DNA of 64,000 nt from an uncultured beta proteobacterium. Its GTDB lineage: Bacteria > Pseudomonadota > Gammaproteobacteria > Burkholderiales > Burkholderiaceae_C. The notes under the pieces were generated by a model that saw nothing but the letters and a program-made list of their open reading frames with translations, had not been told where the DNA came from and did no database searches. Made by a program: the position numbers and the translations under genes. Shown here in pieces: positions 54,310 through 63,800 of this stretch. How positions within the stretch are numbered: the first letter of the stretch is position 1; each line of letters begins with the position of its first letter. The DNA is taken from contig CAVPEF010000003.1 in the NCBI GenBank assembly GCA_963703375.1, forward strand, positions 5,762-69,761. The letters run 5' to 3'.

Positions 54310-55770
54310 ATGGCACACATCATCACTGAACGCAGCGCACAGCCTGCCGTCTTGCGCTGCATCCTCAATGGCGCTCCAGCCGGCAACGCTCAACAGCTCA
54401 TCGATGTCACTAATCCTTTTGACGATTCCCTGCTGGCCAGGGTTGCCGAGTGCGGCCAAGCTGATGCCAAGGCCGCAGTTGACGCTGCGGCCGAAGCCTT
54501 CCCTGCGTGGAGCCAGCGCACGGCAGCGGAGCGCTCTACCCTGCTGCGCGGGTGGTTCGACCTGATCAAAGCCAACACCCAGGCCCTGGCCACCCAGCTG
54601 ACCCTGGAGCAAGGCAAGTCCATCACCGAAGCGCAGGGCGAGATATCTTATGCAGCCAGCTTCATCGAGTGGTTCGCCGAGGAAGGCAAACGCGTCTATG
54701 GTGAGACCATTCCGTCGCCGACCAAGGACAAGTTCCTGATGGTGGTGAACCAACCCGTTGGCGTCACCGCGGCCATTACGCCCTGGAACTTTCCGGCAGC
54801 GATGATCACGCGCAAAGCAGCGCCGGCTCTGGCGGCCGGTTGCACCATGGTGATCAAGCCCTCAGAACTGACCCCGCTGACCGCTCTGTCACTGGTGGCG
54901 CTGGCTTACGAGGCTGGCATCCCCGCAGGCGTCATCAGCGTCGTCGTTGGAGATGCCCGGGCCATCGGCGGCGAATGGATGCAGGACCCTCGAGTGCGCA
55001 AGGTTTCGTTCACGGGATCGACTGCAGTTGGCAAGATTCTGTACGCGCAGTCGGCCGATACCGTCAAGAAGCTCTCGCTGGAATTGGGCGGCAACGCCCC
55101 TTTCATCGTTTTTGACGATGCCGACATCGATGCTGCGGTTGAAGGCGCCATGGTCTCCAAGTACCGCAACTCGGGCCAGACCTGTGTCTGCGCCAACCGG
55201 TTCTTTGTTCAGGCCGGCGTCTACGACGCTTTTGTTCAGAAGTTCTCCACCAAGGTCAAGGATCTGAAGCTGGGCAATGGTATGGCTGCTGGCGTCAACC
55301 AAGGCCCGCTGATCAACCGCCAGGCCGTCGAGAAAGTTGAGCAACACATCAAGCAAGCTGTCTCAGCCGGCGCGACGGTCGTGTGTGGAGGGCAGCGCAG
55401 CGAGGCGGGCGATCTGTTCTTCGAGCCAACGATCCTGGCCAATGTCCCGCTCGATGCGCTGTGCATGCAGCGCGAAACCTTCGGGCCCTTGGCACCGATT
55501 GCGAAGTTCACCTCCGAGAGCGAAGTGCTAGCCCACGTCAATGAAGCCAACGTCGGTCTTGCGTCGTATTTCTATAGCAAAGATCTCAATCGCTGCCTGC
55601 GCGTATCCCAGGCTCTGGAGTCCGGCATGGTGGGCGTGAACACCGGCCTGATCTCCAATGAAGTGGCGCCGTTTGGCGGAGTGAAGGAGTCAGGTTTAGG
55701 CCGCGAAGGCTCACGCCACGGCATCTCTGAATACACGGAGATGAAGTACGTGTGTTTCGGCGGCCTGTAA
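54310..55770 (+). CDS. gabD: NAD(P)-dependent succinate-semialdehyde dehydrogenase
   Basis: EWFAEEGKRVYG, AITPWNFP, SFTGST, LELGGNAP, RNSGQTCVC, ETFGP, APFGGVKESGLGREGS. Confidence 0.9.
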   Translation: MAHIITERSAQPAVLRCILNGAPAGNAQQLIDVTNPFDDSLLARVAECGQADAKAAVDAAAEAFPAWSQRTAAERSTLLRGWFDLIKANTQALATQLTLEQGKSITEAQGEISYAASFIEWFAEEGKRVYGETIPSPTKDKFLMVVNQPVGVTAAITPWNFPAAMITRKAAPALAAGCTMVIKPSELTPLTALSLVALAYEAGIPAGVISVVVGDARAIGGEWMQDPRVRKVSFTGSTAVGKILYAQSADTVKKLSLELGGNAPFIVFDDADIDAAVEGAMVSKYRNSGQTCVCANRFFVQAGVYDAFVQKFSTKVKDLKLGNGMAAGVNQGPLINRQAVEKVEQHIKQAVSAGATVVCGGQRSEAGDLFFEPTILANVPLDALCMQRETFGPLAPIAKFTSESEVLAHVNEANVGLASYFYSKDLNRCLRVSQALESGMVGVNTGLISNEVAPFGGVKESGLGREGSRHGISEYTEMKYVCFGGL

Positions 55771-55989
55771 GCTTGAACCTATCAGCCCTAGGGCCGCGAC
55801 ATAGGCACAGCCCTACACAATTGTTCTAAATATCATTTTGATTGGCACTCTTCGCTGAAGATGAAAAAAGCTTCAGGATGGAAGGTGGCAGGTAAAGATT
55901 GCAAAAGCGTTTGGCGGCACGCTCCCATGGCCTGCCGGATTGACTCGGATCCTGGATTTTTTCTCAGAGGAAGCGCACCTGAACATGCC

Positions 55990-56140
55990 GCCGAAGATTT
56001 GGCGTTTGCACGCATACTCAGTTCCGGCACATGCTTCACCTCCTGACGTGTGGATCGACAGGAGGCGGTATGGATCTGGTAGCGCTCTACAAAAAGCCTC
56101 ATGGACGTCGACATTCATCAGGCGGCGGAGCACGGCTTCT
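55990..56140 (+). pseudogene. Possible heavily decayed tyrosine recombinase C-terminus
   Basis: Across frames: THTQFRHM..GGMDLVAL(Q)K LMDVDI; loosely resembles HxxRH..GxDL..LQxLMGHxDI. Confidence 0.25.
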
Positions 56141-56341
56141 GCGCTGGGCGAGGAAATCTGATGGCTTGGGCCTCTTTCCAACTCATTGGTACGGCTGCAG
56201 GGGCACGTCAGTTGAATCTGACTTAACCGCGCGCGGGGACTCTTGTAGGCGTACCGGGTGTTTGTGGCAAGAGTGCAGGCAATGGGGATGGGCTTACCGG
56301 TTTTCTTCAGCCTGTAATCGCACCTGATTCCAAAGGTGCTT

Positions 56342-57001
56342 TTAGCCGTTGAAGATGGCTTTTTTGCGATGTAGATTTTTTAAGATGTTTTGCTCATCTC
56401 GGTCCAGATCGGTGAGTCTTGAGTGCAAAAAGAATACTAATCGTCGCACAGATTCCTCGACATTCTCAGTACTGGTATCGAGCTCGAGCGCAGGCTTAAG
56501 CGGGATTTCATACGGTGCAGAAATTCCTGTGAACTCAGGAATCAATCCCTTCTCAGCCTTGGCATACATGCCTTTCGGATCGCGCACCTTGCAAACTTCC
56601 AGCGGGCTGTTGCAGTAAACCTCAATGAAGTCCCCCTCGGGTAACGAAGCCCTGACGCTTTCGCGTGCGCTGCGAATCGGCGACACCAGTGCCACCAACA
56701 CCACTGTTCCTTGCATCAAAAACAGTTTAGCCACTTCACCTACACGGCGAATGTTCTCCTGGCGGTCTTTGGCAGAAAACCCCAAACCCGAACACAAGCC
56801 ATGGCGTAGGTTGTCGCCATCGAGGACAACGGTGTGAAACCCATCACTGTGCAATTGGGCTTCGACGGCGTGGGCCAGGGTGGACTTGCCGGAACCAGGC
56901 AGACCTGTGAGCCAAACCACCGCGGCCTTGTAACCGTTGCGCGCTTCCCGCTGCGCTCGCTCCAGCAAAGAGGTTTGCCAAATCACGTTGCTGGGGTTCA
57001 C
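56342..57001 (-). CDS. cysC: Adenylyl-sulfate (APS) kinase
   Basis: NVIWQ, WLTGLPGSGKST, LDGDNLRHGL, LGFSAKDRQENIRRVGEVAKL, RDPKGMY, FTGISAPYE; GTGA overlap with the sulfotransferase. Confidence 0.95.
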   Translation of the reverse strand: MNPSNVIWQTSLLERAQREARNGYKAAVVWLTGLPGSGKSTLAHAVEAQLHSDGFHTVVLDGDNLRHGLCSGLGFSAKDRQENIRRVGEVAKLFLMQGTVVLVALVSPIRSARESVRASLPEGDFIEVYCNSPLEVCKVRDPKGMYAKAEKGLIPEFTGISAPYEIPLKPALELDTSTENVEESVRRLVFFLHSRLTDLDRDEQNILKNLHRKKAIFNG

Positions 57002-57831
57002 GATGCAAACGCTGGCGCTTTGGGGTAGTAATTCTGATAATACCAAGAGTAAGCCGCCTCAATATGGGCTTGAATGCGTGGCGGAATATCGTGCATTTTT
57101 GGTTCGGTGATTTTCTCTGACTGGCGATGCAAATATTTCATGTGGTAGTGGCTGTCGCTTTCTTGTGTACCAGTTGCCAACTTCTGCGCATTGATCTCAA
57201 AGGGCGACAGCCCTAGCCAGTCGTAAAGGTGCGACATACAGGCCTTGGGTTGCTTCATCAAATCTTCAAAGCGTAAAAAGTACAAGCGCTTTTGTACCTC
57301 TGGCGGCAGTTCGGTCACTGCAAGCAATGAAATCAGCGGCGCACCAATCGCCTTGTCTTTGGCAAACAGCATATCTGCCCGACTAAAGCGGTCGAAATCA
57401 GCTAAGTTGTCGATGAAGTCAATCAGCAACGTTTTCTGATGCTGTGCTTCGATTGAGCCATAAATTTGTCCAAGCTCTCGCAGACATACCACCAGTTTGG
57501 CCTCTGGCGCAAGCTGTAGAAGCAGTTCAATAACGTGCAGCCAAGCCCGATTCTTATCGACCACGGCTTTCTTTTCGCAGTCGTGGTACCAGCCCCGCAA
57601 AAAGCCCTTCATAGCCGAGGCCAGATGGGCATAGCTTGCTTCAAATGTGCTGTCGAGCTGCGACAGAAAGAACTGATCCGCACTCACCATGCGGCGGATG
57701 CCCAGCAATGAATTGCACAGCGGCGAGCTGTTGCCCTCACAGTGAATTTCAGGATGTTGGGCCAGCAGTTGACACAGCAGGGTGGAGCCTGCCCTGGGCA
57801 GGCCCGTCACGCCAATAAATTGAGGAATCAT
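56998..57831 (-). CDS. PAPS-dependent sulfotransferase, RaxST/TPST-like
   Basis: 5'-PSB GLPRAGSTLL..LLAQHP, VDKNRAW, 3'-PB VCLRELGQIYGS, LRFEDLMKQP..MSHLYDWLGL. Confidence 0.9.
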   Translation of the reverse strand: MIPQFIGVTGLPRAGSTLLCQLLAQHPEIHCEGNSSPLCNSLLGIRRMVSADQFFLSQLDSTFEASYAHLASAMKGFLRGWYHDCEKKAVVDKNRAWLHVIELLLQLAPEAKLVVCLRELGQIYGSIEAQHQKTLLIDFIDNLADFDRFSRADMLFAKDKAIGAPLISLLAVTELPPEVQKRLYFLRFEDLMKQPKACMSHLYDWLGLSPFEINAQKLATGTQESDSHYHMKYLHRQSEKITEPKMHDIPPRIQAHIEAAYSWYYQNYYPKAPAFAS

Positions 57832-57855
57832 TCGATATGGTTAACAAATTGGGGC

Positions 57856-60800
57856 TCAGTTTCCAGCGACCTCGCTGAGCATCGCGCCGGGCGGCAATTT
57901 AACACCCTCGTCTATCACCGACAGGCGCAGATCGGCCAGACTGACGCCCGGGCTGGCATTGCTAAAGCCGTTGCCAACTAAAGATTGCAGTTTGGATACC
58001 AGCCGATGCCCAATCGGATTGCCTTGCTCGAATTCGATAGAGGTTTGTGCTCTTGCGTTAGCAATAGCACCGTCGTTTGCCGGACTTGGACCAATGGTCA
58101 GTACACCGTTCACCATGGTAGAGAAGCCATAGTTGGTGGCCAGCAAACCTGTTGCGTTAGCAGTAATGGCAGAGGAACCTACACCGGTGTGGATATCCGC
58201 AGTGCTCGTTCCGGTAGCCGTGCCAATAACAACATTACTGGTCTCGCCATTCACGAATCCGGTAACGGTTTGAGTGAAGGTCGGATTCGCATCCCCATAC
58301 CCTCGCTGTTGGTTGTTGGCAGTAACTGTCAGGGGCGCCTTGGCAATGGCCAGCGTGCCGGAGGCAAACGTCAGGTTGTAGTTGCTGTCGCTGCCGCTGG
58401 CGGTGCTGGTGTAGGTGCCGGCGTTGGTGCCGGCGCCGCTGGCGCTCACGCCAGTGAGCACGCTCTCCGTCTCGCCATTGACCAGGCCGGAGGCGGTGAA
58501 ACCGCTGACCGATTGGCTCTGGCCGTTGTAGACCTTGCTCAGGTCGCTGTTGGCGGTCACCACCGCGTCGGCCTTGGCGATGTTCAGCGTGCCGTTGACG
58601 GCGCTGACGGTGTAGTTGGTCTCGGTGCCGGCGCTGACGGTGTTGCTGTAGCTGCCGGCGTTCTTGGCGCTCGCGCCGGAGGCGCTCACGCTGGAGAGCA
58701 CGGCGGCGGTGTCGCTGCCCTGCAGGCCCGAGACGGTAAAGCCGGCCACCGACTGGTTCTGGCCGTTGTAGGTGACGCTGGCGGAGTTGCCGGTGGCGGT
58801 GAGCGCGGCCTTGGCAATGGCCAGCGTGCCGGAGGCAAACGTCAGGTTGTAGTTGCTGTCGCTGCCGCTGGCGGTGCTGGTGTAGGTGCCGGCGTTGGTG
58901 CCGGCGCCGCTGGCGCTCACGCCAGTGAGCACGCTCTCCGTCTCGCCATTGACCAGGCCGGAGGCGGTGAAACCGCTGACCGATTGGCTCTGGCCGTTGT
59001 AGACCTTGCTCAGGTCGCTGTTGGCGGTCACCACCGCGTCGGCCTTGGCGATGTTCAGCGTGCCGTTGACGGCGCTGACGGTGTAGTTGGTCTCGGTGCC
59101 GGCGCTGACGGTGTTGCTGTAGCTGCCGGCGTTCTTGGCGCTCGCGCCGGAGGCGCTCACGCTGGAGAGCACGGCGGCGGTGTCGCTGCCCTGCAGGCCC
59201 GAGACGGTAAAGCCGGCCACCGACTGGTTCTGGCCGTTGTAGGTGACGCTGGCGGAGTTGCCGGTGGCGGTGAGCGCGGCCTTGGCAATGGCCAGCGTGC
59301 CGGAGGCAAACGTCAGGTTGTAGTTGCTGTCGCTGCCGCTGGCGGTGCTGGTGTAGGTGCCGGCGTTGGTGCCGGCGCCGCTGGCGCTCACGCCAGTGAG
59401 CACGCTCTCCGTCTCGCCATTGACCAGGCCGGAGGCGGTGAAACCGCTGACCGATTGGCTCTGGCCGTTGTAGACCTTGCTCAGGTCGCTGTTGGCGGTC
59501 ACCACCGCGTCGGCCTTGGCGATGTTCAGCGTGCCGTTGACGGCGCTGACGGTGTAGTTGGTCTCGGTGCCGGCGCTGACGGTGTTGCTGTAGCTGCCGG
59601 CGTTCTTGGCGCTCGCGCCGGAGGCGCTCACGCTGGAGAGCACGGCGGCGGTGTCGCTGCCCTGCAGGCCCGAGACGGTAAAGCCGGCCACCGACTGGTT
59701 CTGGCCGTTGTAGGTGACGCTGGCGGAGTTGCCGGTGGCGGTGAGCGCGGCCTTGGCAATGGCCAGCGTGCCGGAGGCAAACGTCAGGTTGTAGTTGCTG
59801 TCGCTGCCGCTGGCGGTGCTGGTGTAGGTGCCGGCGTTGGTGCCGGCGCCGCTGGCGCTCACGCCAGTGAGCACGCTCTCCGTCTCGCCATTGACCAGGC
59901 CGGAGGCGGTGAAACCGCTGACCGATTGGCTCTGGCCGTTGTAGACCTTGCTCAGGTCGCTGTTGGCGGTCACCACCGCGTCGGCCTTGGCGATGTTCAG
60001 CGTGCCGTTGACGGCGCTGACGGTGTAGTTGGTCTCGGTGCCGGCGCTGACGGTGTTGCTGTAGCTGCCGGCGTTCTTGGCGCTCGCGCCGGAGGCGCTC
60101 ACGCTGGAGAGCACGGCGGCGGTGTCGCTGCCCTGCAGGCCCGAGACGGTAAAGCCGGCCACCGACTGGTTCTGGCCGTTGTAGGTGACGCTGGCGGAGT
60201 TGCCGGTGGCGGTGAGCGCGGCCTTGGCAATGGCCAGCGTGCCGGAGGCAAACGTCAGGTTGTAGTTGCTGTCGCTGCCGCTGGCGGTGCTGGTGTAGGT
60301 GCCGGCGTTGGTGCCGGCGCCGCTGGCGCTCACGCCAGTGAGCACGCTCTCCGTCTCGCCATTGACCAGGCCGGAGGCGGTGAAACCGCTGACCGATTGG
60401 CTCTGGCCGTTGTAGACCTTGCTCAGGTCGCTGTTGGCGGTCACCACCGCGTCGGCCTTGGCGATGTTCAGCGTGCCGTTGACGGCGCTGACGGTGTAGT
60501 TGGTCTCGGTGCCGGCGCTGACGGTGTTGCTGTAGCTGCCGGCGTTCTTGGCGCTCGCGCCGGAGGCGCTCACGCTGGAGAGCACGGCGGCGGTGTCGCT
60601 GCCCTGCAGGCCCGAGACGGTAAAGCCGGCCACCGACTGGTTCTGGCCGTTGTAGGTGACGCTGGCGGAGTTGCCGGTGGCGGTGAGCGCGGCCTTGGCA
60701 ATGGCCAGCGTGCCGGAGGCAAACGTCAGGTTGTAGTTGCTGTCGCTGCCGCTGGCGGTGCTGGTGTAGGTGCCGGCGTTGGTGCCGGCGCCGCTGGCGC

Positions 60801-63800
60801 TCACGCCAGTGAGCACGCTCTCCGTCTCGCCATTGACCAGGCCGGAGGCGGTGAAACCGCTGACCGATTGGCTCTGGCCGTTGTAGACCTTGCTCAGGTC
60901 GCTGTTGGCGGTCACCACCGCGTCGGCCTTGGCGATGTTCAGCGTGCCGTTGACGGCGCTGACGGTGTAGTTGGTCTCGGTGCCGGCGCTGACGGTGTTG
61001 CTGTAGCTGCCGGCGTTCTTGGCGCTCGCGCCGGAGGCGCTCACGCTGGAGAGCACGGCGGCGGTGTCGCTGCCCTGCAGGCCCGAGACGGTAAAGCCGG
61101 CCACCGACTGGTTCTGGCCGTTGTAGGTGACGCTGGCGGAGTTGCCGGTGGCGGTGAGCGCGGCCTTGGCAATGGCCAGCGTGCCGGAGGCAAACGTCAG
61201 GTTGTAGTTGCTGTCGCTGCCGCTGGCGGTGCTGGTGTAGGTGCCGGCGTTGGTGCCGGCGCCGCTGGCGCTCACGCCAGTGAGCACGCTCTCCGTCTCG
61301 CCATTGACCAGGCCGGAGGCGGTGAAACCGCTGACCGATTGGCTCTGGCCGTTGTAGACCTTGCTCAGGTCGCTGTTGGCGGTCACCACCGCGTCGGCCT
61401 TGGCGATGTTCAGCGTGCCGTTGACGGCGCTGACGGTGTAGTTGGTCTCGGTGCCGGCGCTGACGGTGTTGCTGTAGCTGCCGGCGTTCTTGGCGCTCGC
61501 GCCGGAGGCGCTCACGCTGGAGAGCACGGCGGCGGTGTCGCTGCCCTGCAGGCCCGAGACGGTAAAGCCGGCCACCGACTGGTTCTGGCCGTTGTAGGTG
61601 ACGCTGGCGGAGTTGCCGGTGACAAGGAGCGCCGCCTTGCTAATGGTTAGCGCCGAGGCGTTCCCCGCGGCGTTCGCAAAAATGTAGTTGCCGTTATTTG
61701 CCGTCAGGCCGTTGCCGGTGATGGCATAGCTGCCGACATTGCTGTTCGCGTTAGTGATGCTGCTAAATACCGCCGCGCCCGTGGTGGCCGAAGTAAGATT
61801 TTGGCCGTTTACAAAACCCGTGACTGTGCCGGCGAAAGTATTGTTGGCTGTGCCATAGGTCTGGCTTGCTGCGTTTGTGGTGTAGGTAAGCGTCGCCGGA
61901 GTTACCGTCCAGGTCGTCGCCGGTGCCCAGGAGGCCAGCACATAATTGCTGGCGCCCGTTCCTGACAGACTCAAACCGCTGGAATAATTGAAAGTATAAA
62001 TCCCCACGTTGCTGGTGGCTGTCGGCGCCAACGCATACGTTGCCGCGCCTGTGATCGATGCGTTGTTCAGGCTATAGGCCACGCCATTAACATCGACGAG
62101 CGTGTACGTGAACACGGGCGCCGTTCCATAAATGCTGGAGCCCGTTAAAGGGTTCACATAGACGGTGATCACGCCACAGGCGCTGATTGAACACAGGACT
62201 GGATACCCACCGTTGATACCTGACGAAAATCCCCATACCGGCGTGTTCGTGAAATCGAATCCAACAAAATTGGATTGCACTTTCATCTGCGCTGTGGTCA
62301 AGCCAGTGGCGCCGACCGCTGAGCCGGTTCCTACTGCTGTGGCATTAAGGCTGGAGTTCCAGTAGCTGTTGCTGATGTTCCCATAGCTGTACCCCGCCAG
62401 CCCGCCCTGGTAATTACTGCCTGTGACCTGGCCCGTGGCGTAGCTGTTGCTAATCAAGCCATTCATGGCGACCCCTACCAATCCCCCAACGTAGTATTGC
62501 CCAGACACCGCGCCGGTGGCGTAGCTGTTACTGATGCTGGCGCTGCTGCCATAGTTGGCGTTCCAGCCCACCAGTCCGCCGACGTAATTCATGCCCGTCA
62601 CCCGGCCCATGGCATTGCTGTTGCTAACGCTGCCGTTGTTGTTTCCCACTAGCCCGCCTGTGCGACTGCCGTATCCGCCAGAGCTGCCGCTACTCGATAC
62701 CGCGCCCGTCGCGTAGCTGTTGCTGATGCTGCCGTTGTTGCCCCCTACCAGCCCTCCCGTGCCGCTGCCGTACCAGCCAGCGCTGCCGCTATTCGATACC
62801 GCGCCCGTCGCGTAGCTGTTGCTGATGCTGCCGTTGTTGGCTCCAACAAGCCCGCCTGTGCCGCTTGCGCTGCCGTATGAGCCGTACGAGCCGCCGCTAC
62901 CCGATACCGCGCCCGTCGCGTAGCTGTTGCTGATACTGCCGTTGTTGCCCCCCACCAGCCCGCCTGTGCCGCTTGCGCTGCCGTACGAGCTGGCACCTGT
63001 GACTGCACCTGTGGCGTAGCTGTTGCGGATGCTGCCGTCATTGGACCCGAAGAGTTCCCCAACGTAATTTCGGCCCTTCACGCTGCCGCCTGTCACCCCA
63101 AGATTGCGCATGACGCTCGTTGAGTTAGCGAAACCGAACAGACCCACTCCATCCGTCGTAGGCCGATTGATGGCAAGATTGCTGATGGTATGACCAAGGC
63201 CGTCGAAGGTGCCAGCGAATTTGGTGGAACTATTGCCAACCGGCGTGAAGCCTGCACCGCCATTCCAGGTGCTGGTCGCCGCAGCGTCGATGTTGCTGCC
63301 CAGAGCGTAGTGACCCGTCAAGTTTGCGTTCATGCCTTGCAAGGCGGCGGCGTCCTGAATGACCGTGTACACGTTGTTATTGATGGTCAGCGCGCCCGTG
63401 CCACTGAAATCAACGCGGCCGGTAAAACCGCTGGAGCTCAAGGCAACGTTGACTTTGCCACTGGCAGGCTCCAAATCAAGGCTGGCCGTGCCCGTTGCGC
63501 TCATCACGGCGTTGACGTTGATGTCGTGGTGTGCGGTTAGCGTGAGCTTGTTGGCGCTCCACGCCAAAGCGCCATTGACATTGATATCCCCCTGCTGGCT
63601 GCCCGTGGCAGTCGCCGACGTCGCAATGCTGACTGCGGTGGTGGTCAGTGAGTTTTGCAGCGTGGTTGCACCGATGCCGCTGCTTATTTGAGCGCCTGAA
63701 CCGGAGTCAATGGTGAAGTCGGTGGGGTCAATCAGCCAGCTGCCCGTGAAGCCATGGGTTGCGGCAGTCGTCACCTTGACATCGTTCGCAACCTTGACAT

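Noticed and set aside
55770-57856. A small RaxX-like sulfopeptide precursor near the sulfotransferase
   Set aside because: No convincing short ORF with a GG leader or DY motif was seen in the ORF track or by eye; one could lie outside the window or below the ORF size cutoff.
58338-61634. Tandem array as CRISPR or other non-coding repeat
   Set aside because: Units are 471 bp, contiguous, in-frame coding, with no spacers or cas genes.
57985-61650. 1221-aa plus-strand repetitive ORF
   Set aside because: Antisense shadow of the GC-rich adhesin repeats; a single stop-free unit repeated seven times creates it.
62620-63040. Variable repeats as diversity-generating retroelement TR/VR
   Set aside because: No reverse transcriptase in the window, and the differences are indels in loops rather than adenine-specific substitutions.
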